This document shows, in pieces, positions 1-11,207 of a DNA stretch of 64,000 nucleotides; within the stretch, counting starts at the first letter, position 1; the number at the start of each line of letters is the position of its first letter. The notes under the pieces are model-generated. The model was not told the origin of the DNA. It did not search any database and was given only the letters and a program-made list of their open reading frames with translations. Both the position numbers and the translations under genes were made by a program. Source of the DNA: Chrysomallon squamiferum (Eukaryota; Animalia; Mollusca); the NCBI GenBank assembly GCA_012295275.1, contig CM022679.1, forward strand, positions 26,350,001-26,414,000, read 5' to 3'.

Positions 1-68
1 CCGATATAATACTTCACAACTGGAGTCGTTACCATTTACAAGAGAGTTGCATTTTAATAATAATAATG

Positions 69-101
<33 letters not shown>

Positions 102-498
102 TAACATAATTTGTACGTCTCAAAAAACTGTCACCAAATACACATGTTAAAATGATTTATTAGTAATACTGTATTAGACATTAAGGAGTTTAAATGATAC
201 GACTTTGTTCATAGTATTTAGGTATGTTAGGCTCTTTCCCAAGAGAAACTAACACAATACAGCGACTTTATCTAGAAACGACATCAGTTATTATATTTCA
301 CTTAATTATCGCTCGGATAATAAATAAACCTTTCAGTGGTACGTCAAAATATTTTACTGTTTTATTGATTTGATTTCTAAGTTGTTTTTCATATATTCGA
401 ACAGGTAATATGGAATGATATTGCACTGAAGATATGACAACCCTGCTTCTACAGATATTTCTTGATACGAATTCCACGATACTTTAATATGACCCACA

Positions 499-3290
499 AT
501 GGCTGAAAGTTGTGTTGTACCATTAATAGAAATTCGAGACGAGTTTGTTATTTGTGAAATTTGTTTAGACTATTTTAATGACGGAGATAAACTACCACGT
601 ATTTTACCATGTCACCACAGCTTTTGTTGTCAATGTTTGACGTCAGTGTGGAAGAATTTTCCAGAAGGACTAACATGTCCCAACTGTCGACAAATATGGC
701 CTGTTCAAAATAATATCGAGAAAACATTTCCACAAAACAAAGTGTTGACAGATTTGGTGGAGTATATAAGAATTAAAAATAATGCTGGAGAAATACTGTG
801 TCAAGTATGTTCCAGTAAACAGAAAGCAACGACCCGATGTTTCGATTGTGATACTCACGTGTGTGAAACATGCACATCATATCACATGAAATTTCCAAGT
901 ACAAAGCATCACAAGACAGTTTCTATATCGCAACTGGTGGAAATTCCACAATCTGAATTTTTCCAGAGAAAGGATATCTGTACATGTCACGAAAATATGA
1001 AAGTTGATGTTTACTGCAAGACGTGCTGTACAGCTGTCTGCTCTACGTGTGCATTCGTGTCTCACAAAGAACACGAAATCTGTAATCTGAAAGATGTCTA
1101 CAACGAGAAGAAGGAACAGATCAGAATCACTTTATGTAAGTTACAAACGTCCATAGAAAAATCTAAATCGTACACTGATAAACTGACTCGCGAGAAACAA
1201 ACATTGGAAGAGACACAAACACAAAGTCTAATGAAAATAGACAAAGCCAGTAAAGCAATCATTAAAAAGATTCAAGATTTGACACAACAGTTGAAAGATG
1301 AAATTGTTAGAAATGTTGACAAACAGAAATGTGATCGAGATGAACAGATAAAAGTGGTGAGTCAGTCGATAAATGAGAAAAGTGAACATCTTCTACACTG
1401 TCAACAAGCCTTGCAGTTCGCACGTCAAGTCGAATTTACTGAAATGTTCGAGTCTCTAGAAAACAAAACTAAACATTTGATTACGTCGTGTGTATTGTTT
1501 GAACTGCAGATGAAAAAGATCAACCTTGGTCTGGAGATATTTCGGGACTTTGAAATGATTTTGACCAAATCAAGACATATCGCTTGTTTCATGCAGAATA
1601 TTGACAAGACAGAGCAGGGTGGTGAAATGATGAGTGGTGTACTCTTACCACAGAAAATCAACGTTCCCGAGATGACGTCAGAAGATTTGGTTGAGTCTAT
1701 TTCAGAAAATGAGAAAAGGTCACTCGGTGCTGAACATGGATGTAGTAAAGACAATACTGAGATAACAGACGAACAAGGTGAATTTTCCGAATATTTCTCT
1801 GCATAAGCATTTTTTGTTTTTACCCCAAATAAACTGCAACTGTCAATTATCTTAAGAATTTAAAAGCTTTATCAAATTATTTTTCCCTTAATTTTGTTCA
1901 TTACTGATTGTTTGTATTTCAGAATATAGAGTTTCATCGGTTATTATTGAATTAACTCTAAATTTTGACGCATTTTTTTTCTAAGGATTCTTCAGCTGTT
2001 TCACTGATTGTTTAAATGTTCGATGTAAAATGTGATAAGGTTTTTTAGGTGCGGGTTTGATGCGGAAAATTCTAGTAGGTCAATACAAAGAAGTGTTTCG
2101 TAAGTAATTTTCATATTTTACAGACACACAGAGACAAATACACACACACACACATTAATATACACGTACACACACACAGACACAGAGGAAATGAGAATTG
2201 CCCCCGACTAGTATAATTAGATGTTCAGTTCAGGGAAAATAACTAATTAATAAAACTTTCCGGATTATTGTTCCTTGTATTGCAGAATTTACGTTGAAAA
2301 ATCTAATATATATTTATGTAAAATATCCCTAGAAATGATGTTATGAATTAATAACTTTATGAAAGTACAAGTTATTGCAAAAATACATTATCATTAGAGA
2401 TAGTTACGTATATAATTTATCTCCTCTTTATCTTTTGTTTATATTTGTATGTTTATTTATTTATTGATTTATTGATTTATTTGTATGTTATTGATTTATT
2501 TATTTATAGACAATGTGGAAGCTAAATTCGGTAACATTTGATTTGTAAAGAGAGGGAAAATATATTATTTGATGTCAGTAGAAAGTAATTCAAAGAAACA
2601 GAGATAATTATAGTTATATATGTATATTTTTATTTTACAGTACCCAGTATACAGTTTAATAAAAGTTATATGAACTGGGAATTTTGTACCATCACAGATT
2701 ATGGCGAATTGATCAACGAACCTTCACTTCAACCTGACACAGAACAAACCATCAAAGTTGAAACTTTTAATGGTGTTTTAGGAAACAAAACGTTTCACCA
2801 TCCAGTCTGTTATTACTGGCAGGTTGACGTTGTATGTAAAGTACTGGAAAATGCAGAACTTGACAAAATAGCAACTCAAATCGGTGTTTGCACAGAAGAA
2901 ACTTATGACGATGCCGATTTAATTTCAGAAAACAGACACGCCTGGTGTGTAAGTGTTGACACCTGCAGCGATCACAATAGTCTGTGTTTAGACGTTCATT
3001 CTCTTGGGGAGGAAATATCTGACAAACCTTTTGCAGATTTTGAAGAGAACAAAGAATTCATTCTGAATCTTGGGTTGCTGCTTGACACAAACAATAAAAC
3101 ATTTCACATTATTCGTTTAAATGAAAATAAATGTGAATACAGCATTCCTGACATTGATGTTTCAAAGCCTCTGATACCACTGTTTGGAGTTTATAGCTCT
3201 GCCATGTTTGATGTCAAAGTAGAAATTGTTTCTGCTGATCAAATGTTTCAAAACGATGAGTTACTCAAGTTAATATTTGACTTACTTTAA
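499..3290 (+). CDS. TRIM E3 ligase copy 1 (type A): RING-Bbox1-Bbox2-coiled coil-B30.2/SPRY-like, 3 coding exons, ~659 aa
   Basis: Exon 1 499-1777 (donor CAAG|gtgaat), exon 2 2049-2099 (ttttag|GTGCG...TTTC|gtaagt; GAGLMRKILVGQYKEVF), exon 3 2641-3290 (ttttacag|TACCC). Frames join without stops. C3HC4 RING (CEIC..PCHHSFCCQC..CPNC), B-box1 (CQVC..CFDC..CETC..H..H), B-box2 (CTCH..YCKTC..VCSTC..H..H), heptad-rich coiled coil, and SPRY hallmarks VLGNKTF..YYWQV, QIGV, LGLLLD, PLIPLFGV. Confidence 0.9.
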
Positions 3291-3981
3291 AAAAATTAAT
3301 GAAATCTATTGTGTGTGTTTGTGTGAAACTACCAATTTCAATAAACTAAATGAAAAATAGCTATGATAATATTAATTTTATTTGTTCATTATTACCTTTC
3401 TTTAGAATTTTTTTTATTATTATTATTATTATTAAATTTTACTATTAAATATGTCTTTGTAGTTTCTTTACACTTTTCATCTTCTTCCTCTTCTATTCTG
3501 TTTTATTTAAGTAATTATTAATAAATTGTTTCTTTAACTTCTTTTCATTATTATCGTTCTTATTGTTTGTAATATCTTGAATTTAATATCTAAGTAATTA
3601 TAAAGAACACTAAAAAATAAAAATTGTTTGGCTTCAGGTCATTTCCAATCATATTTTTGGTTGCGTTCGGAGACGAATGGTCGAAAATAATACGTATTCT
3701 CCCGTTCTCAGTAATTTCAATACGGTTTCAATAATTTCAGCATAACACCTTGTTATTCATCTTAACATCAAATGTGCATACAGTGTAAATATTCTTTGTA
3801 ATTGTAAATAGCAATAAAACTGATGACGTCAAAGATTTTACCTGTAATTAACGGACGATAGTTTGATATGTTGTAAGCGGCTTGCCCCGTGGATTCTATT
3901 CTTTGCGCTGAATTGACAAATGGTTGTAAGTACCAGTCAAACGACCTGATTTTCACATTTCGAATTAATTTGTCAAAACGT

Positions 3982-4030
<49 letters not shown>

Positions 4031-4447
4031 TAATAATAACAACAACAACAACAACAACAACAACAGTCAATGTAATATACCAATAACAATAATATTGATA
4101 AATAAGTAGTAAGTAAGTAAATATATTAATAAATAAATAAATACAATAAAAAATTTAAATTAAATCCATTACAGAAATAAATCATGCGAAGATTTTCTTT
4201 TATTATATTTTTATATGTATACAATAGAAATAAAAGTGTAGAAATGATATCTGAAAATTAAATAAATAAACATCATAGGAAAGAAATAGAAAACTAAAGT
4301 CGATATTACTGAAGATACAAATATATTTGTTGTGTGTAGTTATTCATTTTTTTTAAATTTTCTAATTATTATTTTCTCGTCTGATGTTGTTGTGGTTGTT
4401 GCTATTGATATTGTTGTTTTTCTTATTTTTGTTGTTGCTGTTGTTAG

Positions 4448-4508
<61 letters not shown>

Positions 4509-4639
4509 ATTATTATTATTATTATTACAAGCTTATTTATTTATTATGAATTTGTATTTGTATATATGTATATGTATGTGTAAATAAATATATGTATTTT
4601 TTTATGTAGAGATGTATAGATATATGTATGCATACATGT

Positions 4640-4857
4640 ATATATGTATGTGTATCAGTGTAAGTATTTTAGGACTGAATATTCTTTGTCTTATGTATGT
4701 CTGATTAGACAGGACACAAGGGAAGTCAGTGGCACAGGAAGACGACGTTCATTAAGACATCACAAACCACGTCAGTTGCGGCTACGAGACTTGAACGCAT
4801 GCTGCCTGTTCTCCTGCTCTCTCAACTCGGACCTTACCACGCGGCTATAACACAACC
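4640..4857 (-). mobile_element. tRNA-derived SINE-like element (other copies ~56630-56843 and ~63165-63378)
   Basis: Minus strand head has box A-like TAGCCGCGTGG (4847-4837), box B GTTCAAGTC (4796-4788) and acceptor-stem-like ends GTTGTG/CGCAAC. It is followed by a ~120-bp body and an ATAC-rich tail. Confidence 0.55.
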
Positions 4858-5504
4858 TTAAAACGTTTGCTCAGCAACCGAGACTAACCATCACTTCACA
4901 CGAAGCGTCATTCTTCTATGCTTCTTTTTTTTCTTTTTTTTTTTTTGGTATTATCTCTTTATCTTTGTATTTATTTATTTATTTGTATATTTTATTTATT
5001 TATTTATTTATTTTATTTTATTTATTTTTATTTATTTATTCATTATTTCATTAATTCATTCATCCATTCATTCTTTCATTCATTCATTTATTTATTTAGT
5101 TTCAGCCATATTTTCTGTACAATATATGTGTATATTTTTTTTTCAATTATCGTTGTTCTTATTCTTGACAGTATCTGGAATCTGGTATCCAATAAATTAG
5201 GAATGAACTATTTCAACAAGAAATTCTCTTTGCAATTAAAACTAATTAAAGATAAAATTGCTCTGGTATCACTAAAACGAGGGCTGGTCGAGCTGAATGC
5301 AAACTCACGACTGAACCGAGCTAATTTGTGCGGCAATGTAAACGTCGCTGTAGTATAAACATTAATAAAGAATTAGTTTACGATTTTCACACAGTTCATC
5401 TCTACTAATGAGAAACAACATAAATTTAATAATTGATTATAGAAAAAGTTTCTTCTTTTTTCTTCTTTTCACTCGAGACAACGGTTTAAACAGTTTGTAA
5501 TATA

Positions 5505-5830
5505 TATTTATGTCTGCCGCTCGAACTGAATCTGTCAGCGTGACCCAGTCGCTGATACAAGCTGCCCTTTGCGGTTAACACGTTGTTCAAGGTTGACCCA
5601 TTTTCACGATGATCGTGAAATATTTGTCGTGTGAGACAAGCTCCATAGAAAAGGGAGGATATTTACTTGTTAAGTGACAATTACGTTATAATGTCAATTT
5701 TCAGTATGCTCGGGTAAGTTAATGATAATTATATTGCTGTTGTCGTTTACAGTTTAAGCCATTAGTGACACTGAATACCGTGTCAGTCAAAACGCTGACA
5801 CTAATAATTAACTAGATAGTACTGTATTGG
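5505..5830 (+). promoter_or_regulatory. Conserved upstream block of TRIM units, with a conserved splice donor (candidate promoter/non-coding first exon)
   Basis: Paralogous blocks at ~24985-25265 (inverted), ~30190-30500, ~37243-37560 and ~57457-57790. Each retains G|GTAAGT (G|GTATGT in the inverted unit) about 1.4-2.7 kb upstream of the ATG. Confidence 0.45.
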
Positions 5831-8063
5831 AAAAGAGTTTACTAAATTTTAATTTTTTTATTCTTTTTATAGTTTGTTGTTATCATTTGAGTTATTTTCT
5901 TTCCTACATATATCGGTTTAAAGAACGGATTTAGCTTTTTAAAAAGAAGGAAAGGCAACTCTATTTTACGGTTCAGGAAATAGAATGTGAAACTAATAAA
6001 ACAGTTTTACATTAAACATGATAATATACTTATTATTATTATTATTTTGAAGAAAAAAATGTTATTTGTATTATATTCAAAATGTTCTCATTGTTTTATT
6101 CTTATATTAGTTATTAAAATGAAAATGTTATCAAAGTAAACGTGTAGTGTTTATCTTGATTCAACGAAAATACCACCACTGTAACTTCCTGCTTGCTATT
6201 ATTATGTTAACCGCTAAGCTATGGAGGCTAAGTTTTAAAATTCTTTAACTCCAGAAATCTTATCAAATCTATTTTTTGTAGCGGTATCTCTGTGTATAGA
6301 AGAAAAGAATGACACCAGTATAGTTAAACACAAATTGTTCATATGAAATAAACACAACAGCAGTCAACTGTAAGCGAGGAACAGGTTTAAGTAGGTGACA
6401 GCTTTAGCGTATTTGTTAATATTACTCTTATCTAACTGGCTAACACTGGTTTACACAAACAAACGATTAATTCCACTTAATAACATTAACTTTTAATACA
6501 GACGTAACAACAGTATCCTGATAGGGCTAGAATTGACAGCTTCAACGTAATTGCTCCAGATTCTGTTTTACACTGGTTTGTTCAAAGTAGAAGAAAGATA
6601 CAAACAAACACCTATTTATTTGCCTGAATATTCATTTCTGAGTACATTAGTTATAGTTACAATAAAACATTCCTGTTATGCATTATTTCCTCATTGCTAT
6701 TAGTAGTATTATTATAATTATGATCCGAGAGAGAGAAAAAAGGTTGTATGACATTTGAGAGACAGGTAAACGCAATTAACTTTGTCAAACTACTTCTGTA
6801 ATGATCTGTGTTTATTATTTCGATAAAGTTAAAGTTGGTGTCTCTCGGTTACAGTTTAACTGAGAGTTTTGGAGAAAAAGTCTTCTCTTGTAAATTTATT
6901 TAATGTTTTTACAGGTAAATGAATATTAAATGAACAACAAATGATTTCTACAAGTTTCACTGTATAGAGTAACAGAGGTGATAAGCACATAAATTGTTAT
7001 TTCATAGTTGCAGTCGATCTGTCGTCGTTCAGTGAAAATTGAGACAATAAAATAAAACTTTACAAAACATTTGAGCGCCGCCATTGTACACCTGGAGTCG
7101 TGACGTTATCATTAACATAACAGCTATATTTTATTCAAAGTACCAGGAGTTTTGATGAATAATCTTGATGATTTTTTCAATAAAGTTAAAGCTGCTTTCG
7201 ATCGAAAATGTTTCAAATGACAATTCTGAAAAATGTGTTCTCATTTAAATTTATTTTTTTGTTTTAATATTTATATAGAGAAATAAATGTGTAAAAACAT
7301 GTCACTATTGTTATTAAGTTAACAGGTTTCAATTTAAAGTGTCACACAGGCGATACAAAGAAAAGACCATTTTTTATGCTTTAAGTCTTTATTTTTAATT
7401 GTAGGCGACCTATCACAGCTCACTATCATATTGTGACAATAAAATTAAATAAAACTTTAAAAAAACAATACAACGCCGTCGTGACCATTTACAAGAGAGT
7501 TGCATTTTAATAATAATAATAATAATAAGAAGAAGAAGAAGAATAATAATACATAATTTGTACGTCTCAAAAAACACTTGACCATTTACAAGAGAGTTGT
7601 ATTTTAATAATAGTAATAATAATAATAATAGTAATAATAATAATAAGAAGAAGAAGAAGAATAATAATACATAACGTGTACGTCTCAAAAAACTGTCACC
7701 AAATACACATGTTAAAATGATTTATTAGTAATACTGTATTAGACATTAAGGAGTTTAAATGATACGACTTTGTTCATAGTATTTAGGTATGTTAGGCTCT
7801 TTCCCATGAGAAACTAACACAATACAGCGACTTTATCTAGAAACGACATCAGTTATTATATTTGACTTAATTATCGCTCGGATAATAAATAAACCTTTCA
7901 GTGGTACGTCAAAATATTTTACTGTTTTATTGATTTGATTTCTAAGTTGTTTTTCATATATTCGAACAGGTAATATGGAATGATATTGCACTGAAGATAT
8001 GACAAGCCTGCTTCTAAAGATATTTCTTGATACGAATTCCACGACACTTTAATATGACCCACA

Positions 8064-10562
8064 ATGGCTGAAAGTTGTGTTGTACCATTAATAGAAATTC
8101 AAGACGAGTTTGTTATATGTGAAATTTGTTTAGACTATTTTAATGACGGAGATAAACAACCACGTATTTTACCATGTCACCATAGCTTTTGTTGTCAATG
8201 TTTGACGTCAGTGTGGAAGAATTCGCCAGAGGGAGTAACATGTCCCAACTGTCGACAAATATGGCCTGTTCAAAATAATATCGAGAAAACATTTCCACAA
8301 AACAAAGTGTTGACAGATTTGGTTGAGTATGTAAGAATTAAGAATAATGCTGGAGAAATACCGTGTCAAGTATGTTCCAATAAACAGAAAGCAACCACCC
8401 AATGTTTCGATTGTGATACTCACATGTGTGAAACATGCACATCATATCACATGAAATTTCCAAGTTCAAAGCATCACAAGACAGTTTCTATATCACAACT
8501 GGCGGAAATTCCACAATCTGAATTTTTCCACAGGAAGGATATATGTACAAATCACGAAAATATGAAAGTTGATGTTTACTGCAAGACGTGCTGTACAGCT
8601 GTCTGCTCTACGTGTGCACTCGTGTCTCACAGAGATCACGAAATCTGTAATCTGAAAGATGTCTACAGCGAGAAGAAGGAAAAGATCAAATCCACTTTAT
8701 GTAAGTTACAGACGTCCATAGAGAAATCAAAATCGTACACTGATAAACTGACTCGCGAAAAACAAACACTGGATGAGACAGAAGAAGAAAGTCTAATGAA
8801 AATAGATGAAGCCAGTAAAGAAATCATTAAAAAGATTCAAGATTTGACACAACAGTTGAAAGACGAAGTTGTTAGAAATGTTGACAAACAGAAAAGTGAT
8901 CGAGATGAACAGATAAAAGTGGTGACTCGGTCGATAAAAGAGAAAAGTGAACATCTTCTACACTGTCAACAAGCCTTGCAGTTCGCACGTCAAGTCGAAT
9001 TTACTGAAATGTTTGAGTGTCTCAAAAACCAAACAACAAATTTGATCAAGTACGGAGAACTCGTTGATTTAAAGATAAAGAAAATCGACTTACAGTTGGA
9101 TGTATTTGAACGTGTTGATAATGTAATAAAGAAGACTGCACTGATGTTTGACAAGTCAGAGATGATACCCTGTATTGAGATGACAGATTCTATTGTAGAA
9201 CGAGAATCTTGCGTTCTCAAAGTCAGACTCATCTCAAAGAAAAACAAATCACAGTCAGAAGCTGTTATTGAAACTCCTGGTGAAAGACACGAAACTGATA
9301 GAAAACGTCTAACAACGTCCATTTGTGGAAAGCTGTTTTACAAGCCGCGAAGACTCGGTCTTCACAAGACATCAGTCAGTGTTGATAGTTTTTACATTGA
9401 ACATGGCAGTCTCACATTTCACAGCAGAGAGGAGAGTTAGTATTTCAATCTGTGTTTTTATAATTGTGATACAAAACACAAAACTGAGACAAAATACACA
9501 CACACATAAAATAACGAATAATTCGTTTTCTGTTTTCAGCTGTTTAAAAATGTTAAACTTTTCAATCTCAAACTATATGATATTTTCTGCCTATGTTGAT
9601 TTACTTGAACGATTCACTGCCATGTATGGGACTGTGTTTCCGTTCTAAATGACTTCTTTCACATTAACAAATATTATTATCGTTATTGTTTATTTTAGAT
9701 GCTGAACTGACGAGAAAAGTTCTGATTGGACTTAACGAGCAATCCAACACATTTACTGAAGTATTGTGTGAGTGCAATATGTTTAAATTTCGTTTATGCA
9801 TTAACTGAGAAATATATTTATTAATTTACATTAATTGCATGTCTTTCTATCCAAAAAATGATATGCACATATGATGATAGATATACATGCTTATTATTTA
9901 TTTTTTCAGTACCCAACGTACAGTTTGATAAAAATGCCTTAAACTGGAAGTATTGTAAGATCACAGATTGTGGTGAATTGATCAACATATCTTCACCACT
10001 GCCTGACACAGAACAGACCTCTTCACTTAAAACTCTGATAGGCGCCACAGGAAACAAGACTTTTCACCATCCAGGCTGTTATTACTGGCAGACTGGTGTT
10101 GTGTGTAAAGTCCTGTCAAAGGCAGAACTTCACAAAGTAGCAGCTCAAATCGGTGTTTCTACACAACAAAATTACGATGATACAGAATTAATTTCAGAAA
10201 ACAGACACGCCTGGTGTGTAAGTGTTGACACCTGTAGAAACCACAACAGTCTGTGTTTAGACGTTCATTCTCTTCGGAAGGAAATATCTGACAAACCCGT
10301 TGCAGATTTTAAAAAGAAGAAACAATTCACCGTGAATCTTGGGTTGCTGCTTGACACAAAAAACAAAAAGCTTCACATTATTCGTTTAAATGAAAACAAA
10401 TGTGAATACAGTATTCCTCATATCGATGTTTCAAAGCCTCTGATACCAGCATTTGGTGTCCACAATCCTGATATGTTTTGTGTTAAACTGAAAGTTGTGT
10501 CTGCTTATGATGTGTCTCTAAACGATGAGTTACTAAAATTAATCTCTAATTTACTAAAATAA
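8064..10562 (+). CDS. TRIM copy 2 (type B): RING-Bbox1-Bbox2-CC-filamin-like-B30.2/SPRY-like, ~697 aa
   Basis: Exon 1 8064-9435 (GAGA|gttagt), exon 2 9699-9767 (ttttag|ATGCT...TTGT|gtgagt; NAELTRKVLIGLNEQSNTFTEVL), exon 3 9910-10562 (ttttcag|TACCC). All phase 1 and open throughout. Confidence 0.88.
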
Positions 10563-10649
10563 TAAAATTATTCTACTGTTTAATTGACAAAAATATATTC
10601 TTATTTCATGACTTGTTCAAGATTAAATCAGAAACAGACCAGATAATTA

Positions 10650-10849
10650 NNNNNNNNNNNNNNNNNNNNNNNNNNNNNNNNNNNNNNNNNNNNNNNNNNN
10701 NNNNNNNNNNNNNNNNNNNNNNNNNNNNNNNNNNNNNNNNNNNNNNNNNNNNNNNNNNNNNNNNNNNNNNNNNNNNNNNNNNNNNNNNNNNNNNNNNNNN
10801 NNNNNNNNNNNNNNNNNNNNNNNNNNNNNNNNNNNNNNNNNNNNNNNNN
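10650..10849. other. Assembly gap (200 N)
   Basis: Run of exactly 200 N; a round number suggests a placeholder scaffold join of unknown true size. Confidence 0.99.
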
Positions 10850-11207
10850 AATTTCTGTTTTATTTGTCACTAGTGACCACCGTTTGATAATAATAAAGTA
10901 GGACAACATATAAAAATGTTCAAATCCTGACAATTTCTCTTTCATCATCACATCAGTTTATCTTTAACTTATGCCTCTCAACTTGTTTGTTAAAAGATTG
11001 TCATAATGTGGCTTTCATATTAATAGGAAGGTACATATAAATCATCTCATCCTGCTAATTAACATAAATACCTCACATATGAAAGACAAAATTTACAATA
11101 GACTGTTTGTTCAGACTACCAACCTTACACTTTATTAATAACTTACTGCATTTTTGTTGTAATAAAATGAATTTTTGTTATAGTTATTTTTTATTTTTTA
11201 CTTCTAG

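Noticed and set aside
670-1754. Recurrent antisense ORFs within TRIM exon 1 of each copy
   Set aside because: They are shadows of the conserved sense frame, with variable ends and no recognisable domain.
2670-3290. Treating the ~200-aa SPRY ORFs and the ~440-aa RBCC ORFs as separate genes (a two-gene operon-like system)
   Set aside because: Canonical GT-AG sites and a conserved 51/69-nt middle exon join them in frame in every copy.
4774-4857. Functional tRNA gene
   Set aside because: No convincing anticodon arm, and it is followed by a SINE-like body and simple-repeat tail.
3768-5358. Poly-Ile/Val/Leu/Ser-Leu/Glu-Arg and Phe/Ile/Tyr-rich ORFs here and throughout the window
   Set aside because: They are translations of microsatellites and AT-rich low-complexity DNA.
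10613-10951. ORFs spanning the N run, and a possible TRIM copy 2 to FN3-TM fusion (both phase 1)
   Set aside because: Both depend on an unsized assembly gap, and copy 2 has its own complete terminal exon and stop.
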